This document shows, in pieces, positions 50,337 through 62,558 of a stretch of 64,000 nucleotides of DNA (position 1 is the stretch's first letter; the number at the start of each line of letters is the position of its first letter). Source of the stretch: Hydrolagus colliei. Its lineage: Eukaryota. The stretch covers positions 4,030,001-4,094,000 of the forward strand of contig CM068757.1 in assembly GCA_035084275.1 (NCBI GenBank), written 5' to 3'. The position numbers and the translations under genes are program-made. The notes below the pieces were generated by a model. That model was given only the letters and a program-made list of their open reading frames with translations. It was not told the DNA's origin and searched no databases.

Positions 50337-52384
50337 TAACAATCTGTTAAAGAGCTCCTATAACAGACACCTCATTTCCTCGGACATTCCCACGTGTCTT
50401 TCATCTTGCGTTGTATGTGTATGAATAATATCTCCCTCTTAGCTCCCTTTGTACTTGAAGACTGCGCATTGCACTCTGGTCAGAAGCTTGTGAGTATTTT
50501 TAAATAGGTTGTCTAGCTCATGCCCAGGCCACCCATAGTTGCGAATGCTGCAGTTTTCTTTTTTGCTGATTGAAATATATTGCCTTTCCTCGGACATTAG
50601 AGAGGGTCCAGCACTCAGAAACGGTTGGCAAGTTTGCACACAGGCATGTTTTAGTTCCACACGCACGAGTGTTCAGAATCATTACATGAAAATTGCTGTG
50701 ATATAACATTGCAGTACAGCATTACCCAATGACTGGATTAGAGGCAAACTGTTCAATGTGCAAAAATGTTTAACTGTGAGACAATGGTTGTATGTACTTC
50801 ATTTTGTGTTGGTCTTTGCCTTAAGTAGGCAGCGTAAAAATGTGTAGAAGACTGATAGAAATCCCCTACCCTTAATTTCTTCGCTTTGTAGAGATAAAAC
50901 GCAGTACAAATAAAAATTCAGCATCTACTCTGCAGGTTAGCATGTCAGGCGGGGAAGAGTGCATTTATGCCTTGCCTCCTGGCTCATTAAAGTGTCTCTC
51001 ACATAAATGGGATAGTTTTGAGAAAGGCCAGAAGCACATATATTAGATTCTTATATAAATTTGACGTCTGTAGCCATAATAATAATTTATTTGACGACTT
51101 TTTGCAAAGGATTTTAAACTACATTTCTCCCCTCCCTTTTCCGCATGAAATCCATTGATCTGTTTAAATCTGTTTATGCACTGCCTCGTTCGTTCTCTTT
51201 CTATTGCTTAGAAAGTGCCTGAAGAATCCTACTACAGTATTACGTACTCCAGATTCCAAAGAGTAGATAGTAAACTGAACCATAATACAGTGCAGTCCTA
51301 TTGAAACTCACTGGTTTGTTATCACACTAATATAGTGTAGATTCCCATTCATTGTGCGTCCGTACAACTGATCACATGACAGCCGGCAGACTTCCAGTTT
51401 ATTAGGCGGTCACCGATGCCACTCTGTGACATAGAGTAAGTCACATTGGTGGCAACCTGCTGCCACTGAAGTTTGTCCATTTTTTCTCGAGCTTGAGAGT
51501 TGGCCAATGTAGGAAGCAAGCCCATTGCTACCCAACGTGACAGGCGCTGTGCAAGTTGTTGTTGACTATCGCCGCAGTGTTGTAAGGTAGGTTGGGATTT
51601 TATGGACCCCCCAACCACTTAAAAGGAGGCTACACTGTTATGTTAATAGCCACAGAGTCTAATGAAGGAACACTGAATGAAGATCGGGAGTTAGAAACCA
51701 AGATAAAGAGAGAGAATATTTGATGGAAGCTACAAACTGGCGATAATGGGTGCAATCAAAATGTAAAAGAGGATTGATAAAACTGAATGGGATATACAAT
51801 ATCCAAGTGGAAGTGTTTCATGTTAATGCCAATCTGTTGGTCATCCAGAACTAATTGGGAAGGACTGCTTAAAAGATGAATAGTAAGAAATTGCAAGAAT
51901 TTCTGTCTTTGACTGAAAACAGACCTTGCATGTCTGTAGGGATGATGTATTGCGTCCTGACAGTACTTCATAAATCCTCAAGTGGATGGCGCTTTGGAAA
52001 ATGTTTTGGTCTTGAGTCAAAGTGTAGTAGTGTAATGCATTTATTATCGAACTGAGTTAGAAGTGTCCATTTCAAAAGAGGATGAAAAATGATTGGTATC
52101 TATCAGGCGCAGGCTATTTTTACCTCCTTGGGACATCTTGACAAGAGCATTTTGTGTTTCGACTCGCTTTGACTGTGAAACATTCTGGTTGTATATTTAC
52201 TTTATCACCGAATGGGTAATTTTGCAGCACAAGTCTAGCCAGAATTGAGTAAAGCTTTTATCACAACAAAAAAATAACCAGATCATGTTTGTTTATAAGA
52301 TTCTTTTCATAATTTGAGTGTAACCAACACAAGTTTCCCGTAAGTAAAGTACTGTTAAGTAACTCCTGTTCCTACCCTTTAACT

Positions 52385-52550
52385 TAATAATACGTAATCT
52401 TTGCATTTGATATGGTGCTTTTCACACCTTCTAGACATCTCAAAGCGCCTCACAGAATATCACTATAAAGAAAATTGACTATGTATTTTGTGGGCGAAAC
52501 ACGACAGCCAATTGCGCACAGCAGTGTCCCACAAACTGCTGTGGATTTGG
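52385..52550 (-). mobile_element. SINE 3' half
   Basis: TTGCATTTGATATG...CAGCCAATTGCGCACAGCAGTGTCCCACAAAC. Confidence 0.86.
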
Positions 52551-55500
52551 TGATGAAATGATCGGACGATATTTCATGAAATGTGTGTCTGAGACTATAC
52601 AGGAACAGCCTCACCCTCTCACTTAATTAGATTATACAAAAGTGAAGTGTTGCCTGTGGGGCAATAATATATTCCATGGATTCTAGTCTTTTGTTTGGGA
52701 TAATTTGTGTTTGCATAATATTGCACAAAAAATCCACCAGATGTAATTAAATCTGAACAACATCTGGCTATTGCTTTGAAAGCTCCACAAGGAGAAAAAG
52801 TGTTGACTCAAAGAGGCTTCATGGTGCTTCTGTTGAAATTGCATCTCTTGAGGTTAGCAAAGAGTGCTTCTGTGAGTTTTGCATTGATCTGCCTCAACTC
52901 CTGAATGTCAGGAAATTTGAAAGCATATTCATGTGCTTGAAAAATACATTCCATCTTATTGCTGTTTTTGGCAACAGTAAATTATAGAGATTGAGCGGGT
53001 GGGGGGGAAAAAACCTCCCTATTAAAACCCCCAAAAAGTAAGAAATGAGGGAGTGTGCAGTTGATATCTCCCAGTTTAGTTTCTCTCATGCATTCTTATC
53101 ACCTATGATATAAAACATACCATCTGCCTGCCTCCTGTGTCTGGCTGTTATCCCATCCGCTTGGCTGATAAAGCCAGATAAAAACATCATCTGTAGGATG
53201 TCCTGTATGTTTAAAGTTGCAGATGTTAATGACTCAAGCGATCAGTTTAGCCGACGAGATTACTTTTTCATTAAAAAAGAAAATTGCAGTAAATTGCAGA
53301 TGTGAATGCTTTTATTGTCCAAATTATGGCAGGTTTACTGTTCTTAAAATTGCTTGTTTTGCAGTGCTCGTGAAGAGCTGCTAATTTAGAGCATAGATTT
53401 AAATACATCATGCATAGCAATTGGATCTTTTCTCATTGTATTCGTCTGACACGTGCGGAGACCCATCGCTATGCTTAAGAGTATCCAAACCAAACAGAGT
53501 TCCATGCATCCCACCTATATGTAGAAATTCCAGAGATATGTATTGGAATGGAATGTGGATTCTGTCTCTCCCTGGAGGGGCACATCCTGGTTATCTCATT
53601 TCAGAGATTATTGGGCACAGGTTTTCAAGAGCTGAGTTTTGTGGACCATAGAATGTGTGTAATGATACACTGCTCGAGTCCCCAACAAGCTAACACCACA
53701 CGGCTTACCATTGAATGCACAGTCTGTCAAGTTTTTCCACTGCTTGTCAAGCGCTCTGGGACACTACGAAGCGTGAAGAGTACTATCTAAATGCACTTTG
53801 TTGTTCTTGTCGTAGAACCACATTACGTAGAACCCGTTGGGTTTTGACTTGCCTGTATGCATCAGTAGCTTTTTAACTTACATCATCGAGACGTCTTGAA
53901 GGCACTATGTCAACTGCAAGGATTATTATTATTATCCTAACCCGTGCAGTTGTTCTTGCAAAGTTTCCTTGCTTGAGTTATGTCAGAAAGTTGCAGAGAT
54001 TTATCACAATTGCGCCTGGCTGATTTGAGTGCCAGGCAGTGCTAAGTTCTTGAGCCCTTGACTGCTGCAGGCACGGCAGGGCGTGAATTATGGCAATACT
54101 GGGCTGCAAGAACCTAACCATATTTTATCCTTCTCGATCAGATACTTTAGTTTTCAAAGGATTGTTCATTACCAATTGCAATATTAAAAGCACAGACGTA
54201 GTACAATTGTCGTGTTTGGTCACCTTAATGGAATAGTAAACAGCAGATGATGTACTCCATCACCATAACTCAGAGTGATAGGAAAGCTGTAAAAGGATCC
54301 GTTATATGCTCTGCAAGTGGGCTCTCAAAACAGTTTTTTTATTGGGTAGTGGCTCCTGCTTTAGTAACCTTTAGACCTTACAGCACTCTGAGGTGCTAGA
54401 AAACACCTTGTTTTGCCTTTGAACTCTCCTTTGTGGCTGTTTAGTGAAAGCTTTGCAATTAAATCCGTATATTTTTCTTGGAATCCGCTCTGTTGTAAGG
54501 GAAGCTGATCTGAATCCTAAACAGTTGGCGTATTTAAAGATGATACCCTGGAGTTTTGAAACCTGTGGAGTCGAATTTCAAACTCTGCCCATCATGTGTC
54601 AGAAAATGACATTTCTTCGGTCAAATTTGGCAAAATCCCCCAAAACCAAGCCTGAAAATTAGGTTTACTCTTTCAGAAATTTACCGTAAGTGCTATGAAT
54701 TTTATATGATATTAACTTCGCATTTCTCCAATTACAGTGTATGTATTCTATGTATACATAGAATTATGTATTCTAGCAGCTCTAATAAAAACAAAATGTG
54801 TGTATATATATGATATATATATATATATTAAAAAGCTGTATTTCTGGCATTGAAACATCATCAGTATCTTTGGGGAACTGTACCTTTTTTTATTCAAGTT
54901 CTCTGCCAGGATTCAGGCCCAGAAATACAGATTTTAGTTAAATTTTTCACCAGTTTGTGCTAGCTAGAGGCAATTAATTATATCTGTTGATCCAGTTACA
55001 GTAATGTGGTTGATCTAATAGTTCAGAGGGTTTCAATGACAGATTTGTCTATTGAATATTGCAATAAATACAAGTTACCAAATCTGTATCAGCTGCAATA
55101 CATCTGAGCTAGATTTTTTTTAATTGGAAATATTTCTTCTGAAAATATAGCTCAATAAGAAAATTGTTATTTTTTCATAGCAAAACAAAAATTCTATTTG
55201 AAATCCAATATAGAAGCCACTCTGGAAATGTGTTTAAATTCCACATTAGGATGTATGAATGGGAAAGAGTTAAACCTAACTATTGTGGAAGTGAGTACAA
55301 TGCACAATTTGTAATAATGTTGTAGGGTGCCTTACTTTATAAAATCTGCCTCAGGGATAGAAGAAAAAGGCTAGTTTGCTCTTGTTTTCTAACTGGAAAA
55401 TGTACACCTCATCATGTATCAAATTTTATTGCAGGTGGATAAAGTTATCTACAGGATTTTAGCTGTGGGTATATAGTTTTTACACACAGCCAACGTTGTC

Positions 55501-57731
55501 ACTTTCCCTTCTCCTCCTTTGTCTATGGGGGTACAGTTCCATAAGCATCTCAGCCAAGGCAGCACAATTTCTCAAGGGAAAAATAGAAAATATTCATACA
55601 GAATGGAATTTTGAAGTTTTGCGGTGACCAGAAAGTCTGAAATTTAGGAATGAGGCTGAATTCTTGAAAGGGCGCAGAGTGAATACTCCTACTTTGTCCT
55701 GTTATTTGCCTCTTCTCTTTTTTAAGCTTTTAGGGAGTTAGCTCCTTTCAAGCCTACAAATTCCTAAATGCTGAGAGTCAACAAATCATGAAATGGAAGA
55801 TGCGAGGAACCCTTAATAAAGTTCAGCGGAATTGAGAATTGAACAATTAATTAGATCCTTGCTTTGTATCAAGACGCTGAGCATTTTGCCTCGATTCTGC
55901 AAACTATGTGGAGGAGGACATTAACAGGTTTCAGATTGCTGCCAAGGAGAGTTCAGTTGGAAAAGATCAACGGCACAGTGGCTTCATTAAAAATCTGCAA
56001 AGGCTGACTGATGTCTAGTTCCTATTCTAAGAGTGAAATCTAGAGCACAGACAATTGGAGATAGTTCAAGCACCAACGTCAAGTTGTAGAATTATCACTT
56101 ACGTCCATATCTTTACGCACTTGAACTTGTAATAGACATCTGCAAAACACAAACAAAACCTTGAGAATCTTGTGGTCAGAGACAAGCTGTATATTCTGCT
56201 ATATTTACTTTATGGGTTTTTTCAAAAAAAAAGTCAACTCAGGTTGGCCATTGAAGTAAAACTTTAGGAAGATTTTTTTATGATCGTAAGTAAGTGGATC
56301 AAAATTTGCCATTTATTCATGTGTGCATTGGAGGGAGAATTAGGGGCACTTTCTTAGATTTGTATTAACTTTGACATTGAGGCGGGAAATGCATTTGAAC
56401 TCAATCTTGTTCTTCTGCAGAATTGTGTTTGTATTGTTGAGGAAAATGTGGACATAATTATTTTTCAGAATGTGAAATATTCCTCTGTTTGCAAAAATTA
56501 GGTCTCAATCAAGAGAAGCGTTATCAACTTTAGATCACTGGGACCTTCAGATGCAATTTAAAACCTATCCTTGTAGGTCAACATGTGCAAAGAAGTCTAA
56601 TGATTTATATAATATAAAATTCCTCATTAATGCCTTTTGCTCCCAGATTGTCAGGCTCGGTGCCAAGAACCACAGTTGGCTGTCGATTGTTTAAGATATG
56701 CATCAGTACTCCCCACCAGTTCATCAAAAGATTGTCTTGTAAAATAATCTCTCACCTTTTATAGGTTGAGTGTATACTATTCACTTTGGACAGAATTCCA
56801 ATAATGGCTGATCCACCGGGGATTTATGTAGTTATATTTTTCCGGCATTCACTCTAGGCACTAAGCCTCTCGTATTTCCTAAAGCCTGCGTAAGAAATGT
56901 GTCCCTGGGGAAATGCCTTAATAGTCTCCCACACCACTGTTGGTGAGACCGGAGACTATCCATTTGTTATCTCAAATTTATTGTCTCCCAAGAGAGATGT
57001 TTTAGGACACCATTGTTTAGGGCTCTGTTCTTTAAATATGCATTACACTGCGCAGATTTTTCTCTGTTGATATAATTGGAAACCAACCAGTATTCTTCAT
57101 TGGCTATGCTTTCCTACTTTCCTACTTATCAGTGATATGATTACATTCATATGGTAACGTAATTTAAACCCTTTGATAAGATTTTGTCCTTTAATTGGTG
57201 ACAAATATAATTAATAGTATATAACACAGTTTTGTATTTGCAATTATCCTATTTGAAGTGATGATCCAAATAATGATGTGTCCAAAATCATTTGTGAGAT
57301 AGCTTGTGTTATACATGCTTAATTACTACAAAGGGGGTATAGTTGTTAGATGCTGGCAAACGAAGAAAACTTTCTTCTGATTTTTTGAAGCTTTCATGTT
57401 GTGCCAGCACAACTCAAGGTTCATATTAAATGTCACTATCACTCTGCCCTGAAAGCATAACAGCTGTCAATGAGAAGGTGTTTCGACTCCTGCAGAACTC
57501 ATTACATACAGGAAACTTGCTGTTTAATCGTAAATGCTTTATCTCTGCATTCTGGCAGAGATAAACCATTCTTCCCCTCAGTGATAAGGTAAGAATTAAA
57601 AGCAAGGAATTAATTTGCATGATAGAAAAGCATTTACTTTCCGAATAAATGTGTTTTTTGGGAACCTGGCTTTTCGATCGCAAAAACTAATCTAGCATAG
57701 ATTGATTGTGTTTTCTATCAGAGGAAATATA

Positions 57732-58065
57732 TAATAATAATCCTTGCATTTGATATAGCACTTTTCATGAATTCTAGACATCTCAAAGCACTTCACAGAA
57801 TGTACTGTAAAGTTAATTGATTGTATATATGTTGGCAAAATGTGACAGCCAATTGCGCACAGCAGTGTCCCACAAACAGGCATGGATTGAAATGACCAAT
57901 TTTATCATTGTGTTTTTTTTTGGAGGGGATTATTATTAGGCGTGTGGAGTAAGGAAACTTGTTCAAGGTTTCGCCCTGACCTGCCTGGATTCGAACACAG
58001 GTTTCATGCTTGTAAGGCAAGTGCTCTAATCACTGAGCTACAGGACTCCACGAGCTACAGGACTA
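57732..58065 (-). mobile_element. Full-length tRNA-derived SINE with duplicated 5' stub
   Basis: Minus strand AGTCCTGTAGCTCGT-GGAGTCCTGTAGCTCAGTGATTAGAGC, GTTCGAATCC B box, body, (TTA)n tail. Confidence 0.92.
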
Positions 58066-58923
58066 CTCTATGAAATAAAATTATTGCTCATACAGTGGAA
58101 AAATAGAGCACAAATTTATACCCTTTAAATGATAGAAAAGTGAAAATATAAATGGCTTCTGTACACTAGGGGAAAAAAAACTTCTAAATGTAACAGCAAC
58201 AATAAAATTACAGTTGTATAGCATACTTTAATTAAACTTCAGTTAAAGGTCATCAGGGCCCTTGCTCTCGTTCTTCGTCCTCATCAGCACCCTCTCGCCT
58301 CAGGTGCTGGTCACATCGGTTCTCACAGATGCACACTCCATCTCACAATCCCAGTGTGGAACCTCGTTGTCCTGTTAAACCCTCAACTGTCATTTAAGCC
58401 TCTACTCATCGGCTTTCCCTCACCACTGCAACATTGGCCGCCTCCACTACTTTATCTCCCCAGGCTGCCATTGTCATGTTCATGTTAATTATTTAAACCT
58501 TTTCAACCATGCTTTCCCTCTCACCCTCCCATCGCCAACTTATCTTCCTCAGCTCCCTCCAACCCTTGTCAGGACTCCCAGTTGGCTCTGTGAGATGCCC
58601 ACAGATGTCTGCTGATGTGAAATACTTACCCAAGAAGTTTCTCAATCAAAGCAAAACATGTCTTGGTCTACATCCAATATTGAGTATAGTCCTTGGATTG
58701 TTCACTTGGTTGTGTGATCTGCCTCACAAATATCCTTTGCAATTATTATAATGCCAAAATAAAAGTGTAGGCTAGATCTTTCCAAATGATTTAGAGCAAT
58801 AGAGTAGACTTTATCACAGTATTTCAATTTAATCAGAACGTAATTACAAGTAACCACTGCTTTAAAATAGTAACAGCAAAGTTTTTAAGTTTGATTTAAA
58901 AAAAACTTTTATTTTTATTGCAG

Positions 58924-59055
58924 GCAAGATGGTTCTGGGACGCTTACTTCAAATCAATGAAAGCAATTGCACTGGCGGCGCTACAAATCATCAATGACAG
59001 AATTTATCCATACGCGGCCAGATCTTATGAGGATTGGAATGATCCAATTGCCGTG
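58924..59055 (+). CDS. EXT2: EXT2 exon 8 (absent from the ORF track); remaining exons lie beyond the window
   Basis: ttattgcag|GCA acceptor; [44 protein letters not shown]; GTG|gtgagt donor; 132 nt. Confidence 0.97.
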
Positions 59056-59689
59056 GTGAGTATATGGTGCCCAGACTTTGGAAGCATGGGTCATTAATTT
59101 GTCACATCCTTCTCTTTGAGTGCTCATCCTCCTGGAACCAGCATCTCCTGTCTCGTCTCACAGTAAAAGGTTTGCTTAACCTTTATTTTCCTAGCGAGTG
59201 TGTTTATCTGAGAATCCCTAATTCTCTCACTTGAACTCTGTAAGTTAATTAAAATCAGGTTCCCCTATGGGGCTCAGACAGTAGTTTGCCACTACTTGTC
59301 TTAATGATGTGATTGGCAGTTAACAATGGCTCATTCCCTCATGCAGCGAGCACACTAATCGTATATCTTTAGCTGTTGCCTGTCTGCAGATGTGGCTTGT
59401 TTAGTGAGATGCATCTTTGACTTAACCCCTTTGCTTCCCAAATTTTCTGAAAATTTGAACAGGTTTCGTCATTGGAAACCTATTAATATTTTTCAAAAGA
59501 TCTGGAAGTAAAAGGTAGGAGGAATAGACAGGAGTCAAGAAAATAGGCAGAGTTTAAAAGGAAAACTACTTAATGTTCACTGGACAATTGAAAGAAGAAG
59601 GAGGGAAAAAAATCTTCAGGAGAGGAAGTGTTGAAGGAGATTTCTTGGGAATAAAGGAGGGGGAAAAAAAGTCAAACTCGTTGATTTTC

Positions 59690-59830
59690 ACTTGTTTCTT
59701 TTTTTAGTGCAAAGTATTTAGAAAATATTTCAGCTACACTCCCTGTTCCTCTCACATTGCTGCCTAGATTCATTGGCAGTAAGGTATGCCTGGATCTCCT
59801 GTGTATAAATATGTTTTTTTGTCCAGTTAT
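59690..59830 (-). mobile_element. CR1 ORF2 remnant
   Basis: Minus translation VAEIFSKYFA resembles the CR1 ORF2 AE.LN.YFAS motif. Confidence 0.5.
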
Positions 59831-60240
59831 TATTGAGAATGTTTTAATACTCAATTGTATTCTGTATGACTGTTTGGCTGCAGTTATTTGTATTAATGAA
59901 CTGCTCAACCACAACAATAACAACAACAAAATTACACTTGTATAGCGCCTTTCATGTCAGGAGGACGTCCCCAGGCACTGGACAGCCTGTACCCAAATTC
60001 AAGGGCATTCCTTGCAGTAATCATTGTCAACTTGAATTTCCTCTGAGGTCAGTCTCTGGTTAGAAAACGTTCGCTTTTCAAAAGATATTTGTTTTGAAAA
60101 ATATTTGAAACCTTCTCTGGTGGGGAGCAGTTCATTTTTCTTTAAAACAAAGAATAAGGTTATTTTAGACTTCAAGCCGTAATGTATAGTCGTAATGTTG
60201 AATAAGATTTCACCACTATATCTATAGCTCAAAATGTATC

Positions 60241-60555
60241 AATAAATAATCCTTGCATTTGATTTAGTGCCTTATCACATCGTCGAGATGTCTCAAGGGC
60301 TTCACAGTGTATACTGTAAACACGATTTACTGTATTTTATGGCTGAAACACGGTAGCCAGTTCGCGCATAGCAATGTTCCACAAACAGGCACGGAGCGAG
60401 TGAGTGACAATTTAAAAAAAATTGGGGAGATTGTTAGGATACCAGTAGAAACTCCTTTCTCTTTTTGAATTAGTTAGTGTCCTTGGATCTTTAAAGTTGT
60501 ACAGGCCGAAAGGATCTCAGTTTGATGTTTCAATCGAAGGACGGCAAGGCAGCTG
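60241..60555 (-). mobile_element. SINE, Deu-domain-containing variant
   Basis: Standard tail plus AACTCCTTTCTCTTTTTGAAT...GTGTCCTTGGATCTTTAA...GTTTGATGTTTCAATCGAAGGACGGCA. Confidence 0.8.
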
Positions 60556-62004
60556 AACTGAAATTACAGTTGTTTAATTTGTTAAGCACTTTGATTTTAT
60601 TTAGTGCAGTATTTATTTTCTCCCCTTGTTGGATGGTGTTTGCTGCTATCACATCTGTCCATCCACTTAGAAAATACCATTCTTGACTGAGAACATCTCT
60701 CTCCAGTGTCATAGTCAATACTGCTCTGTGAGCTTTTCTGAAGCAGAAATGATGCTGCTTTTCCTCTCTTCTTTACCCCCTTCTCCGCACCTCCCCTCCA
60801 TAAGTGATCTTTCGCTTACTCCACCCACTGTTCCTGTAGTCTCTTACTCAGTATTTCATTGTATGGAATAGTTTTCTCCACATTGGGTTGCGATGCGTTC
60901 AAGTTCATTACAGTTAGTGAAAGAAAATTCGAAACCTGTATCACTTAAGCAAGCAATTGAGGAAAACGACGAAAGGGTTAACTAACTAACTTCTAGAGCT
61001 GTTTTTGGCCTTTTGACCATTGCAGGATGAGAAGCAAGATGGAATACTTGCTCAAAGTATTCACTGGAAACACATCTATGGTAATTGGACTGAAGCATTG
61101 AATAAATCAAGTGTTTTTATCCAAAAGCTGTAATTGAAACCACATTGTGGTTGGATGTAATTTAAAAGACATCATAGACAGAGTGATGTGCTTGTCTCCT
61201 CGGTCTTGAACAGGCCAAAGATGTAGGAATTCATGATTGTAAATGTGTCCACTCCCCTTCTAACAAACATTTGCGCATCTTAAAAGGCTCCCTTTGGTTT
61301 TACAGAGCGATTGGTTGTATAGATGCTGGTGTGTTAACAAGCAGCCTTTATTGTTCCACTGTCTGTCCAAAACAGCATGTCTCTTAAGTCGTAATCTGAT
61401 CAGCTCAATAAAGCCATTTCTCTCTGGCTGTGGTGCTTGTCATGCATGTCTGTAGCATTTTAAGCAAAGGAAAAGGTATCTCATATAGGACAAGTCAGCA
61501 CTATAACATTGTCATTATTTACTTTGTTTTATGGACAGCGCGAAGCTGAGAAATGCCAGCTTCTGGAGAATAAAATATTGTTCACGCACTAGGAATAAAA
61601 GTGCCAATTTTATGTATTTTTTTAGCAATATTGGGCCTTTCTTTGATATGAAATATATGGTTTTCAGGAGAAATATTGTTTTACTTTATATACCTGTAGA
61701 TTGAACCATAATCCTGAAGGATTTAAGTGACATGGGCAAAATGTACATGGTGTGCATTATTTCAAGGCTGATGTGTTTTTTTTCCTTTATTTCAACTTAC
61801 ATTCTTTTATAATGGGTTCTGTTCTAGCTCCTAATTGTGAAACAAATGATACATGCTCATACTGAAACAAGAGTGGTGCCTCATGCAGGTGTATCATTCA
61901 AAACGTGGCATCGGTTGGCTTCATGAATCGATTAAACAATCATGAAGTCCTGGGAATGCTGGAGTTCAGGGAGATGAGTTTTGAGATGTGTAATGAGCTG
62001 TTTA

Positions 62005-62368
62005 CAATGCAATAAGTGGAGCTCTGCAGCCTTGTAAGCGAGAGAACCCGGATTCAGTTGCTGGGAAGGGCAAAACCTTAGGTAGATTTCATTATTCAAC
62101 ACGCCTCTGTTTACCTCTCAGTAAGTAGGAACCCAGTTGTTAATCAATTGGTGGAATTGCTTTCCTGGGGTAATAATCTCTTTTTTAAACAAATTGTAGT
62201 TTGGTTACTCAATCCACGACTGTTTGTGGAACACTGCTGTGTGCAATTGGCTGTCGCATTTCACCTACAACATATACAGTCACTACATTTTACAGAACTG
62301 TATATTCTATGAAGTGCTTTGAGACATCTTGAAGACGTGATAAGGCACTATATCAAATGCAAGGATTG
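62005..62368 (+). mobile_element. Older full-length SINE, long form
   Basis: Degraded tRNA head (GCCTTGTAAGCGAGAGAACCCGGATTCAG), CCTCTGTTTACCTCTCAGTAAGTAGGAACCC segment, standard tail. Confidence 0.82.
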
Positions 62369-62497
62369 TAAGGTTGCAGTGCATGTAGAATTTGGGGAGA
62401 ATGAGTGAGCACAAATAAGAGGAGCAATTAAAATAATTAGCATCAATAAGTTCTAAGGGTGTATTGAATGAAAATATACTCCTGTGGGTATTTCCAA

Positions 62498-62558
62498 TGC
62501 CTTGGGACGTCCTCCTGACGTGAAAGGCACTATACAAGTGTAATTTTGTTGTTGTTGT
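62498..62558 (+). mobile_element. Representative 50-65 bp L2 tail-only insertion (others near 4166, 5812, 14476, 17119, 24520, 28673, 32471, 35554, 47333, 53750, 59911)
   Basis: GCCTTGGGACGTCCTCCTGACGTGAAAGGCACTATACAAGTGTAATTT(TGT)n recurs on both strands. Confidence 0.85.
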
